NCBI RefSeq assembly: GCF_009914755.1
Contig: NC_060932.1
DNA length: 64,000 nt
From: the human T2T-CHM13v2.0 reference genome, Homo sapiens
Direction: 5' to 3' (one strand)
Made by a program: the position numbers and the translations under genes. Positions 33,351 through 64,000 of this stretch are shown in pieces (positions within the stretch are counted from its first letter, which is position 1; each line of letters begins with the position of its first letter). Below the pieces are notes generated by a model, which was given only the letters and a program-made list of their open reading frames with translations, ran no database searches and had not been told where the DNA came from.

Positions 33351-33548
33351 CAGCACTGTTTCCTTGGGGGCCATTCTGAAATATATGGGAGCATTTCTGG
33401 TTCCCATATATATCCCAAATATATGACTGGGACAATCTACTGGCACTTAGTGGTTGGCATCCAGGAATGCTAAACATCCAGCAATGTACAGAACAATGAA
33501 GAGGTGTTCCCTCTGACTGCCAATAGCAGCTCCCATTGAGAAAAACTA
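33351..33548. mobile_element. hAT-Charlie MITE (MER3/MER20-like)
   Basis: ccaggaatgctaaacatcc...caatagc...ttgagaaaaact. Confidence 0.6.
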
Positions 33549-36044
33549 TTAGACTACTCAAGGACATCTTTAAAAAGTACTGTTTCTTGAAAACATTGTA
33601 TCAAAACACATTTCCAGCTGAGATGTAGCAGTATTTTTTCCACAGCGTATTTATATATATAAACGTAATGGATTGGAATACATCCAACCTTTGCTTTAAT
33701 GAGGTTTAAATTTCTTTATCCAATCTGTCAAGATAACATAGGCTTGAGTTGAGTATGGACACTAGACAGGTGACTGGTTATCAATTTGACTTATCAGGTA
33801 AGTTAAATTACTGATTTGCTCAGAAAGAGTTGCAGAGGGGGTTGGAATGTAAACTGAAAGTAGTTATAATCTTAATGATGCTAAAAAACTGCTATTGGGG
33901 ATACCTCTATTTCCCATTTCCTCATGTTCTCATCCTGTATTCTTTAGTAAAGATTGTGACCTCATGGTTGCCAATGCAACTGCTTTTTCTCAATATTATT
34001 ATTCTGATTGTTCTCTGTACTGTTTGCACCAAAGCAAATGTAGAGGGCAGGAAATAGACAAGTGTGTTTTTATCTATGTGTGCATTTTTCCCTGGAAATA
34101 TAATTATTTTGTTCACTTGCAGTTGCCTTTGATCAAACCAGTTGGTATAAACCAGAGATTTTTTTCTTTTTGTTGCCTGCAGATGACAGTGATTATTGTC
34201 ATTCTAAATACAAGGTGTTGGTTTTACCTAGGAGTCTAAAGTGCTATATTAATGGCAGGGTTTATTATGTTCCAATAAAAATTAGTAAGAGTCACACTCT
34301 GCCTTTGGGAGAGAGGCCTGAATTTATATGTTTGATATAATGTCATTTAAAATATTAGTTAACCAGACATGGAACACAAAATAGTTATGAAATTAACTTC
34401 ACCTGAGTATACAAAATGTTGAATAGTGCCAAGGATTTAAGAACAAAATTTGATTATTGTGACCAAATCAAGTAATGTATCTTGGAAAATTAGATTCCAA
34501 AATATACTTAAAATATGATAAACTTTGTTCTCTAAGTTTAACCCCAGAACAGGATGTGGCAGTAATGGTTGATTGTTCTTTGCAGACGCTGGCAAGAGAC
34601 ATCCTGGGATACAGGCAACAAATGATGCAGTCCAAATGGAAGGAATCATCAAAAAGGTAATGGAAATCAAACTACAAACACCACCTTTCTGTGATGTAAG
34701 TTCTTGGATAGTGTATGCACATCTGACGAAGATATAGTGGAAATGCAGAAGTCTAGGAAGAGTACACTAAAATGGTCAAAAGAAATGAACAGGAACCATG
34801 TTAAGGGGGACTCAAAAAATCAGTCTTCATCAAACAATAAAGGGGAAATCGGAATGTGATCAGAATCATTTTTCCATGGTATTGGGCATTGCTTTACCTT
34901 CTAAAGGGGTTAATATATGCTTTCAGATGTGTACGTTCATGGAATTTGCATATCAAGAGTGTGTAAAAAATAAAAACGCAAAAATGTTGAAGGCAATGCA
35001 TCTAAATAAGGTGTTTTCTAATAAGTTTCAAAAGGGAGAAAATGAAACTTTTGGAGATACATCCCATCTTCTGAGGTTGAAGTAACTGAGTGAAGATTGC
35101 TCTGCCTTTTTACAAATGACTGCAGGTTATGGAGACAGGTCACTTGAGCTAGAAAAACTCAAACTCAGTGCCAGAGATTATGTTTCTATTTTTATCTGAA
35201 TTACAGTTCAGTTTGGAAAGGTAAATGCAAAGCATTGTGCTACCATGAGTCTAGAAAATTCATAGATTGAATTGACTATTTGATTCATATGTTGAATACT
35301 CTTATTGGAGGTGTTCAGAGGAAGCTGGACAGATCTTATTGGAGATGCTAGAGGAGACTTATGCATTTGATGTGACTAGATTAGATTTGTAATTCTATGA
35401 ATTACTCTTTTGAAAGGGCTGTTAAGAGAGGAAAATGAAGATCAATTTTATGAGTAGTATGAATCTAAATATAAAATGTTTTGATTTAGCAATGGACAGT
35501 GGAGCTGCAAGTTCTCTTTATTTCTTTCATTTCCCTGTCTCCAAATTGAAATTTCCTCATTTATTTATTCAGTAGATATTTGTCAAGCTCCTACTCTGAG
35601 CCAGCACTATAGGCCAACAGTACTTTCTCAATACATGTTAATTTAGTGGACAAATTATAACTAGTAGGAGAACAAAGAAGATCAAACCATAGTTTCCCTG
35701 CTCACGTGGACAGAAAGAAAATAACAAGGAAGAGAGAAACAGAGTTGAAGAAATGGGCTATAGATCTACTAAGGAAATAACATAATTTGAAGTGCTAAAA
35801 GTTTTCCTAAGTAATTCATTATTCCATAAATTTTGAAATGTATTTTTATTGTCACCTGTTCAAAATACTTCCCAATTTCCCTATTGATTTCTTCTTTGAC
35901 CTGTGGGTTTCTTAGAAGTATGTGATTTAGTTTTCAAGTATTTGGGGAATTTTCCAGCATTTCTTTATTTGTTGATTTCCTATTTTATTTCCATTATGGT
36001 CAGAAAACATTGTTTGTGTGATTTGAATTATTAAAAATTTATTA

Positions 36045-37545
<1,501 letters not shown>

Positions 37546-37609
37546 TTTTCTTTTGAGTGACTGTACAGAATGGGACTTTTGGGTTTGGGTAGTCACTTAG
37601 TATATTGTA

Positions 37610-38000
37610 AGGTTAAGTAAAGCTAACTGCTAGCACTGCTGTAACAAACAACCCACAGATCTCACGGCTTAACATAATAAGTGTTTTATATTTTTCATAG
37701 CCTAAATAGTGAGGGGCAACTGTTTTTTTAATGATTGAGGTACTCAGTCTCCTTCATTTAGTGGCTTTATCATCCTCTAAGTTCTTTTCAAATTTCTGCA
37801 CTGGAACCTCTGCATTCAGCTGCCTAATGAGCAAAGAGAAAGAACATGAAAGATTATACAAGAAGTTCTAGGAGTCAATTTTGAAAGTGTTTTACAATAC
37901 CTCTACTCACTTTCCATTAATTGTACTCCAATCACATGGCCCAACATAGTAGTAGTAAGGCAAGCAGAAGACATTTTTTAGGGGAGTTCTCAGGAAGAAG
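37610..38000 (-). mobile_element. Old MLT1-type LTR fragment
   Basis: gctgtaacaaacaacccacagatctcacggcttaaca motif. Confidence 0.5.
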
Positions 38001-38831
38001 AGAAACAACATGGATAATGAGGAGTGCCAGTGTTCTCAGCTGTAATAAGTTTAGAATTATGAACTAGGCTATGAGATAAAGGCACATGTTCTTTGAATAT
38101 TTATAGTTTCTGAAGTTATTGATTACTTTCATCTCTAAACAGAACACCTTAAGCTTTCTTCCTGTAAAACTGCAGAAAGTTTCAATAAAGTCATTTTAGG
38201 ATAGCTGGTTGTCACCTCCCACCCAATAGCTGTTCCTGGCTTTTGATGTTTCGTCTCTGCTGCTGCAGGCTGACCCAATTTGCTATAAGCATGAGCACAG
38301 CTCCCTTTCTTCATTCTCTAAGACCACACCAACACAGGCTAGACAATAGGTAGTAGTGATTATCAGCAAAGATTTATTGAAGGCCTAGATGTACAATCAA
38401 GGGGGCATTCCAACATAGAAAAGAAGGAAATTTGATTTGCTGTTTCAAAGCTCCAGCAACAAACCCTACTATGGAAGTTTCTCTCCAGATCTTAGAATCT
38501 GACCTATTGGCATGAATCTAGGGGCCATTTGAAGACTTTCTCCCAATATCTTCTTTCTCTTTTCCCAAAGTCCTTCTCTAAACAAACAAACCAAACAAAT
38601 AAACAACTAAGTCTCAGCTACCAGAAGAAATCACCAAAATTCTCACTTAAAAATACCATACCTGTTGGCCAAGCAACCAACCAAGCAACCACAAAAACTA
38701 TAGGAAATAGCTTTTCTGCCAAAAGGAAACATCTTTTGCCTCTTATGCTGGAAAATTTCAACAACCTTGAGACTCAGTATTTCCCAAACAAAGGAGTCTT
38801 TTGTTCTTGGTTTGTCCATCTAAAAAGCCTT

Positions 38832-39142
38832 ATTTAATTATTTATTTATTTATTTAGAGATGAAGGCTTGCTCTGTTGCCCAAGCTGGGGTATTGTGGCA
38901 GGATCTTGGCTCACTGCAGCTTCCACCTCCCAGGTTCAAGCAATTCTTCTGCCTCAGTCTCCCAAATAGTTGAGACTACAGACACGTACCACTACACCCG
39001 GTTAATTTTTTTTTGTATTTTCAGTGGAAACAGGATTTCGCCATGTTGGCCAGGCTGGTCTCAAACTCCTGACCCCAGGTGATGTGCCTGCCTCAGCCTC
39101 CCAAAGTGCTGGGATTACAGACATAAGCCACCATGCCCTGCC
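38832..39142 (-). mobile_element. Alu with (TTTA)n tail
   Basis: TSD taaaaagcctt on both sides. Confidence 0.93.
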
Positions 39143-39378
39143 ATAAAAAGCCTTTAAATAATTTCCCCAAATGACAATTTTCTCCCTCAAGTGCTCTGCT
39201 ACTTCCTAGGAAAATGATTCCTCATACCCCCTTGCTTTGTTTTTTTGTTTGATTCCCTCTGACATTATTTCTCTTTATACCAGTGGTATATTGTAATAAG
39301 GCTTTTATTATAACTTTAGGAAATGTTTAAAAAGTGAAAGGAAATCTGAACTTTCAAAGAATCATTAGGAAAATGGTG

Positions 39379-39562
39379 CAGACATTCTCAACCTTATCTG
39401 CACATTAGAATCACTCGGGGAGTTTCTAAAAATCTTGATCCTCAAACCACATTCCAGAACAATTAGATTAGAAAGAGGAAGAAGATGAGGGCTAGATATT
39501 AGTGTACTTTTGAAAGTTCTTCATGAGATTCCAATGTGTGGTTAAGATTGAAAGCTACTGGA
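39379..39562. mobile_element. MER5-like MITE
   Basis: ttctcaacc...tgcacattagaatcac...ttgaaagctactg. Confidence 0.65.
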
Positions 39563-40179
39563 TTAGAGAGACCCATCCTCAATTTAAAGGAGTTAACTTT
39601 TAGATGATGGTTAAATTACAAGATATGTGTGTTTTCAAAAGTAGAGAGTTAGGTATAACTTTAGAGTGATTTCTCTTGGCAAATAGCCTACAATTCCCTT
39701 GGATTATCACTGTTTGAAGATACCGACACTAGGATATGATGTATTGGCTTCCATGTGGATTTAGATTGCTGTTTTTTCTGCAAGCAATAGTATCAGCCAT
39801 GATAATAACTTGTCTGTCAAATATGCACGTTTCAAACCTGGAAATGATTCCCATCATCAGTTAAATTTTATCATGTAGGGGTAATTAAAACATTTTGCAG
39901 TAAGAATAATTTAAAGTAAAGGAAATTGTATTAAATTTCCCATGGCTAAGATTATTAGACAACTAGTAAAGTTTTTAGAGGCAGTGACATGAAGGAAATG
40001 AAAGAATGATTAAATAACTTTACAGTTTTTCTAAACTCTCAGCCCACCCAGTATATAGCTCTATGTGGTAATAATAAATTATCTTTAAGATTAATTTTCT
40101 GTGCCCAGGATTATGTTCCCAAAATAATGAAAATTGTCTGAATTCCACCTTTTCTACTATCAAATAGGTGTTTACAAAG

Positions 40180-40544
40180 TATATTAGTCCATTTTCATAC
40201 TGCTATGAAGAAACACCCAAGACTGGGTAATTTATTTAAAAAAAAAAAAGGTTTAATGGACTCATAGTTCCACATGGCTGGGGAGGCCTCACAATCATGG
40301 CAGAAGGTGAAGGAAGAGCAAAGGCACCTGTTACATGGCATCAGGCAAGAGAATGTGTGCAGAAGAACTGCTCTTTGTAACACCATCAGATCTCATGAGA
40401 CTTATTCACTAACATGAGAACAGTGTGGGGAAACCTGCCCTGTGATTCAATTACCTCCCACTGGGTCCCTCCTACAACATGTTGGGATTATAGGAGCTAA
40501 AATTCAAGATGAGATTTGGGTGGGGACACAGCCAAACCATATCA
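40180..40544 (-). mobile_element. THE1 solo LTR (MaLR)
   Basis: tatattagtccatttt...gccaaaccatatca. 5-bp TSD caaag at 40175-40179 and 40545-40549. Confidence 0.92.
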
Positions 40545-40589
40545 CAAAGGAAGTGGAGAATTTTGTATGCATATATGTATTGTTTTCAA

Positions 40590-40741
40590 GATTTTTATTT
40601 TTATTTTTTTAAGATGGGGCCTCACTCTGTTGCCCAGGCACTACAGCCTTCAACTCCTAGGTTCAAGCAATTCTCCCACCTTAGTGTCTGTTTGTGCTTC
40701 TGACTAGCTGGGACTACAGGCAAGTGCCACCATGACTGGCT
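40590..40741 (-). mobile_element. Alu single arm (FRAM or partial AluJ)
   Basis: One arm with internal rearrangement. Confidence 0.75.
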
Positions 40742-41804
40742 ACAAGATGTCTTCCTTACCCAAAAAGTACTTTCAAATCCTACTTATCAGGGACTTATAA
40801 AATGGCTGCCTTCCTTCTGTTGTTCCCATTCTTATCATTCCATATCTGTCTGGGGATATCAATACATTTTAGCTTTCCAAATCAGAAACTTTCAAGTCAT
40901 CTTTGACTTTTTGTTCTGTTCCATTCCTAAACTCCAGGGCCATTAAAATAAATGATTTATCCCTTTGGAATATCTTTCAGATGTTGTGCATCGTCTACAT
41001 TTCAGCTGCCACTTTGTAGAATAGGCCTTTATTACCGAACTTCCTAGCTGGTCTCCCAGCCTTCATCACTCTCTCTGTTTTGAATTAACCCTGCTTTTCT
41101 ATGAATTTGACCTTCATGGTGATCCCTTTCAGCAAAGCCACAAATTCTAAATCCCTTAGCCTGCCTCTTAAGGCCCTTCATAAGCAGATTTTTCTCTGAG
41201 TCTCCAACTTATTTCCTGCTATTCCAACACCCATCTGGGCTGACAATGTAGATTTTCCATAGGAAAGTCTTAAAAATTTTTTTAAAGAAGAGAGGATGCT
41301 TACAGATAATTATTAGGTAGCTTGAAAATTGTTTTCAATGCAGCACAATTCCCTGAAGATGCAGTCTAGTTGATATACAAAATGCAATTTATTTATTTCC
41401 CCTAGAACCAATTGCTCTGTGCCTTGGGTAAATCACTTGGCCACTTGCCTTGATTATAAAGAAATGATAGTAACTCCTGATTCCCATTTATTTCTTGTAA
41501 CAATGAGCAATCAAAGGAGATGGTAGGCAAATAGATGTGGGACTCATGAGAAGTTGATAAGTCAAAAAGTTGTTATTGTTGGCTTTGAAATGCATGTGAA
41601 GCTGATCCATTAAAGAATCAGCTCCTCCCACCCTCAGAAAGATAGCACTAGAGGTGCTGATTATTGTGTCTGCTCCTCTCCATTTCTTCTACTCTATGGA
41701 ATCACTCTGGTCTTCAACCCCTACTGAAGAAACAGGCTCAGGGGATTAAGTTTTTTTACTTTGTAACCTACTTTTTCCAGTTTTTTGGACTCAGGGTGAG
41801 TGGG

Positions 41805-42163
41805 TAATGTCTGTTTGGGCTGCTATAACAAAATACCATAGACTGAGTAGCTTATAAAAAACAACAGAAATTTATCTCTCACAGTTCTGGAGGCTGGAGA
41901 TTCAACATTAAGGCACTTGTAGATTCAGTGTCTAAAGAGGGTCTGCTTCCTGGTGCATAGACCTTCTAGCTGTGTCCTCACATGGTAGAAGAGGACAACT
42001 GTGGTCTTTGCACCCCCTAATAAGGGTACTAATCCCATTTTTCTTCAGGATTCCACCCCTATGACCTAATTTCCTACCAAAGGCCCAACCTCCTAATAGC
42101 ATTACATTAGGAATTAGATTTCAACATATGAATTTGGGGGATGCAAACATTCAGTCCATAGCC
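41805..42163 (-). mobile_element. MaLR LTR (MLT1A-like)
   Basis: gctgctataacaaaataccatagactg...aacattcagtccatagc. Confidence 0.85.
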
Positions 42164-42223
42164 AACAGTAAACCAAAGATAGCTCAACCACAGACCCCAG
42201 CCAGTGGCCTATGGCTTAGCTGA

Positions 42224-42681
<458 letters not shown>

Positions 42682-42689
42682 TTTCTCTT

Positions 42690-44805
42690 ACATTTTAAAA
42701 GCAAATCCCAGATACCATGTTATTTCATCTCTAAATACTTTGTTATGGACCGTGAACAGATAAAGTTTTTTAAAAAAAATGTTTTTACAGAACTAATAGT
42801 AATTTTTAAACATTGTCTGTTACCCAGTCCACATTGAAATTTCTCCAGTAATCTCAATTATGTCTTTTTACAGGTAGTTAGAGTTAGAATCCAAACCACA
42901 CCTTCATATTACATTCAGTTGTTCTGTGACAGTTCCCTCTGATTGTTTGATCCTCTAGAATTTTTCACATTCTGAATTTGTCTGATTGCTTCTTTAACCT
43001 TTTAAAAGTTAAACATTTCCTTCTATCCCTTATATTGCCTAGAAACTGAGAGTTAGAGGCTTGATTAGACATTCAAGTATAATTTTTAAGGCAAGATCAC
43101 TTTGTAGCTATTGTATACTTTTTAGTATGCCCTCTTACGAAGCACATCATGTCCGGTTGTCCTGCTTTTAGAAAAGCTGGCCATATATTGTTTGTCACAC
43201 TTCCCATGGAGAGTTGGAGTCTCCTTCTCCTCCCTTCAGTCTAGGCTAAATCTTGTGCCCTGCTTGGCCAGCAGTATGCTCACAGCCAGTTACAGGCCCA
43301 GACTCCAGGAATGCTGGTCAAATCTACATCTAGAGAAGCTTCTGTCCCTGGCTCCTCCATTCTCTATTCTCCCTTCCACTATAGTGAAGCATTTTTAAAA
43401 TTTAATTTTACTTATTGTTTCATTATTTCTTTATGAAAATATAAATAAATATGTATATTTATGTTTTATTACCCACTTTTTGCACAAAAATTAAAATACC
43501 TGAAGTAGGATACTATACAAGGCTTTTGTCCCTTTACAATATAACCTAATGATCTTTCCCTATCAGTATATATTGTTCTCATTACTTTTTATAGTTACAC
43601 AGTCTTCCATCATATGCATGTATAATAGTCTACTCAATCAGTCCCCTTTTGATGGAAGTTGGGTTGTTTTCAGCTTTATGCTTATGCAAATGATGTTGCA
43701 ATGAATAGCTTTGTGTAGATATCATTTGGTGTTTTTTGCCAACAGGTCGGAGCTAGATTTCCAGGAGTGAGGTTGAAGGGGAAAAGCGCCCATGTATAAC
43801 TTTGCTAGGTGAGGACAGCTGAAATTGAAGATAGCAAAGGAAATCTATTGGGAGAGGTGAGAAGGCAGTAGAAGCACCAAGGAAAGTGGAGACCCAGTGA
43901 GAGCAATGAGGTGGCCCCTTAGCTGGCCACTGTGAGAGCAGGCAGTTCCTAGAGCCTCCTGAATGTCCTTCGAGTTTCAGATTCCAATTTTAGGTCCAAT
44001 TCACCTGTATCTTTAAAAACTATTTTCTTAAGGTAACTTGAGTGGGATTCTGATCTTTAGAAACAAAGGAGTCTAACTAGAATAGTTAGTGGAACTATAT
44101 TGAAAAGTTTTTGTCATTACAATTTTTATAAATTTTATTTAATCTCTGATATTTTATTATGAAAATTATCAAGCACACAGAAAAGTTGAAAGAATAGTGC
44201 AATGATCATCTCTATATCCACCATCCAAATATGACAATTAATAATATTTGTCATATATACTTTTATTCTGTAGGGTAATTTAGACTGTTTCACATATCAT
44301 TGCACTTCAGTTCCTAAATACTTCAGTATGCATTTCCTAAGAATAAGGACATTCTCCTAATAACTACAACACTATTATCAAAACTAAGAAAATTATCAAT
44401 ATTTTCCTAACATCATCTAATATTTTATAGATATTTAAATTTCCACATAATTTCTAGAATGATTTTATAAATTCCTTTTTTTCAAGGCATATCCAACCAG
44501 GATACATGTACTGCATTTGAAATATATATGTAAACACAAATTCATGTTAAGGAAATATGCTTCACTTTATAGTTTATTAAGTTTTATTAGAAAAGTTATA
44601 TACTTTAGTTGAAAAAATTTAAGCATCTGTGGGGAAGATCAACTGATTTTTCCCCTGACCTTTTAATATGATGAATTTTATATTAATGGGTTTTTCAATA
44701 TTAATTTTCCCTTTAATTTCCTCAATAAGCCCCACTTGGTCATGATATATTTTTAGAAGGCTGCTGTCGTATTTTGCTTGCTAATATTCTATTTAAGGTT
44801 TTCAC
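42690..44805. mobile_element. Mosaic of old L1ME-type fragments
   Basis: Degenerate L1 3'/ORF2 antisense motifs, e.g. gaataaggacattctcct. Boundaries approximate. Confidence 0.45.
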
Positions 44806-49399
<4,594 letters not shown>

Positions 49400-49889
49400 A
49401 AGGTTTTTGCATGGCTCTAAGTCCCAGTGGTCCAAGATTTTCTTCTGTGTTTGTGTAAATAAACAATGTTTATTCGATTTTGTTGTCAATGTTATGTTCA
49501 CTTCAAACTCTTGGAGTTTTTCTTTTCTTCTTTATGCTTTAGAACATTTAGAATAGATTGATATTATCCACTCTTTGAAGGTTGGTATATTTCCTTTGGG
49601 ATGGTTTGTAGGCCTGGTGCTTTCAAGGGAGTAGGGATAGGTCTTCTATTTTTCCTATTGCTTTTGTAAACTGTGATATACTTAAACACCTTGAAAATAG
49701 TCTTTGCTGCGTTAGTTTTTGTGCATTAAGTTTTCCTGGAAAATTACTTATTACATTGAGGTTTTTAGTGTGTTTGTTAGTTTTTGGCATGCATGCAAGT
49801 AATCTGTTATAATTTTTAATATTCTGTATTTGATGGTTATTTCATCATTGCAAATTTTTATTTTGGGTATGTGTGCTTGGAGTCTTCTT

Positions 49890-52220
<2,331 letters not shown>

Positions 52221-52223
52221 TGA

Positions 52224-52581
<358 letters not shown>

Positions 52582-52995
52582 TAGTGCTTTTTCTATTTTT
52601 TGATCCTTACAAATAACCTTCTATCATTTAAAATTATTTATACTAATATTGTTATCCTTTTACCAATTTATTCCTTCTGCTTTTTTGAGGTAGTTGCTTT
52701 CTTGTTCTGTTTCTAACTTCTTGAGTTGGATATCTAATTAGTTAGTTTTTGTTTCATTTAATTGATTTCATTGATATTGTTAATGTTATTAATTTTCCTC
52801 TGATTACAGTTTTAATTATATTCCATAGATTCTGAAATGTAGTATTTGTGTAAATATTTTTGAGAAATCTGAAATTTCAGTTTGTTTCTACTTTGACCCA
52901 AGAATTATGTAATATTAAGTTTTAAAATTTCCAGATAGAAGGGTGTTTTAAAATTTTATTATGATCTTCTGGTTTATTATATTGTAATTAGATAA

Positions 52996-53292
<297 letters not shown>

Positions 53293-54239
53293 AACGTTTT
53301 CTTTATGAGTTAATACATGGTTAATTTTTATTAGTGTGGCATGTTTACTTGGAAAACAAAATATTACCTAAGTTTTTGTCTATTCTTGCTTCTCTTGTAG
53401 CTTCCGAGTTTTGAAGTTTGTTTTTATGTCATTTGGGTGCATAAGATACTATAGCTTTTTGTAAATTGTAGCCTTTAGCATTAAAACTAGCCGTTTTTTG
53501 TCTTGTTTAAAGTTTTCTGGTCTAAATTCTACATTACCAGATATCCCAATCACAGTTTTAGTTTGCATTTTCCTAGTATACTTTTGATGTCTTTTTTTCA
53601 GCCTTTCCGAATCACTTTAAGTATGTCTTGTATTCTGCAATTATGTTTTGATGTTTTGTGAGTCTGTCTGAACATTTTTTAAAAATCTCTTTTTGATTAT
53701 AAAAGTAGTGTCTGCCTGCTGCAAAATAACTGGGAGCTGCAGAGGTATAAAAACGAAAAAAAAAATCCAAGCACTTCTAACCTTATACTCCAAGGACAAC
53801 TACTAGCATTAGGTTGTATTTTATTTAGTTGTTTTTCTCTTCTTTATAAAACATTTGTTATAAAATATTTCTATTTTACTTGTTGCCTCTTTTGAAAGGA
53901 GTGTTATTCTTCAGGACATGAATTTCATTTTTATGTGTTCCCACTTTCAAGTTTTCAGAATAGCCACTCTTGTATATACACTGAAGTCCACATTTTTTTA
54001 AAAGAACTGTCATCAGATTTCTCATAAAAATTTTGAGTACCTTACATTTTGTGATTATGTGGAAGATACTCTCTACTCTCTGGTCTGGCAATCTCTTCAA
54101 GGGTGGATCAACGTGAGTAGAATAACAATGTAATTTGTTCTCTGAACTGCGACTCTTTCAAAGTTTAGGGGGTGGTATTAATATTTAGCTCAAAATAACT
54201 GGCATAGGAAGTTGACGCTTTGATTATTGGTGCTGCCTT

Positions 54240-54665
54240 ATGGTTGAAGGATGTGAAGCACAGAGAGGCTAAATAACTTACTCAAGGTCACACAGCTTAT
54301 ATATTTTAAAAAATTTATTTTAGAGATAGAGTCTTGCTCTGTCATGTGGGCTGAGAATACAGTGGTATGAAGATAAGTCACTGAAACCTCTGACTCCTGG
54401 GCTCAAGGGATCCTCCTCCTTAGCTGGGACTACAGACCCACACCACCATGCCCAGCTAATTTTTTAGATTTCTTGTAGAGGCAGAGTCTTGCTTTGTTGC
54501 CCAGGCTGATCTTGAACTCCTGACTTCAAGCAGTCCTCCCTCCTTAGCTTCCCGAAGTGCTGAGATTACCAGCATGAGCCACTGTGCCCAGCCTCACACA
54601 GCTCATAAATGGCAGAATTGGGATTTGAACCCAGGCAGTGTGTGTCAGGCATCTGCAGCACTAAC
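54240..54665 (-). mobile_element. MIR interrupted by an Alu
   Basis: cagagaggctaaataacttactcaaggtcacacagct...ggcagaattgggatttgaacccaggcag. Confidence 0.8.
54305..54593 (-). mobile_element. Alu (AluJ-like)
   Basis: TSD-like tcacacagct(t/c)ata on both sides. Confidence 0.9.
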
Positions 54666-54784
54666 TGCTGTGTGACCTAGTTTCATGTAATCATTTTTTA
54701 AGTTTACAATTCAGTGGAATTTATTATATTCATAATGTGCAACCATCACTACAATCTGGTTTCACACGTATTTTCCCCCAAAAT

Positions 54785-57590
<2,806 letters not shown>

Positions 57591-57596
57591 TTTTTT

Positions 57597-57721
57597 AAAA
57601 ATCACAGTTTATTTTAAAAATTGACTCAAAATTAATAAGGGATATAAGTGTAAAATATACAACAAAATATTTTAAAAACATTGATAGAAAAAAATCTTTA
57701 AGATCTGGGTTTACATAGAAT
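57597..57721 (-). other. Putative 3'-transduced segment of L1 copy E
   Basis: Lies between the L1 tail and a second T-tract/TSD. AATAAA on minus at 57608-57613. Confidence 0.7.
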
Positions 57722-63861
<6,140 letters not shown>

Positions 63862-64000
63862 TCTTTTTTATTTTTATTTTTTGGCTTGGGTTATTTCAAA
63901 AGACCTGTGTTTAAGTTTAGAATTTATTTCTTCTGCTCCACTTAGTCAATTGTTAACGTTCTTGACTGCATTTTTAATTTCATTTATTGATTTCTTCATT
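63862..64000 (-). mobile_element. Continuation of the host L1MA element
   Basis: gggttatttcaaaagacctg follows on from cttcattctttttta at 57566-57580. Confidence 0.7.

Noticed and set aside
33830-35085. Short ORFs (61-114 aa) in the unique island
   Set aside because: No recognisable domains, mostly non-ATG starts, and lengths expected by chance.

Overview
Primate (human or ape-like) genomic DNA made up mostly of interspersed repeats. I found no intact protein-coding gene. The only host-gene sequence is an intron-containing 3' fragment of an asparagine synthetase (ASNS) pseudogene (last three exons, two in-frame stops, poly(A) signal; about 14.7-16.65 kb, + strand). Five L1PA3-6-type LINE-1 copies dominate the window, each with a distinct structure: (A) 8358-12044, 5'-inverted, with the whole 5'UTR and ORF1 flipped and about 2.5 kb of ORF2 missing; (B) 17046-23210, full length, with no clear target-site duplication (TSD), an open ORF0 and a nested 39-bp mini-L1; (C) 44806-49399, lacking ORF1; (D) 49890-52206, a classical twin-primed inversion; (E) 57722-63861, full length, with an apparent 3' transduction. 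There are also 18 Alus (all on the minus strand), older L1M/L1PB pieces, MaLR LTRs, MIRs and DNA-transposon MITEs. I see no new gene system. The strongest unexplained signals are the patchwork of non-consensus variants shared between neighbouring L1 copies (possible local gene conversion) and an inverted L1 promoter aimed at the orphan ASNS exons. Subfamily calls and consensus comparisons are from memory and need RepeatMasker/Dfam confirmation.
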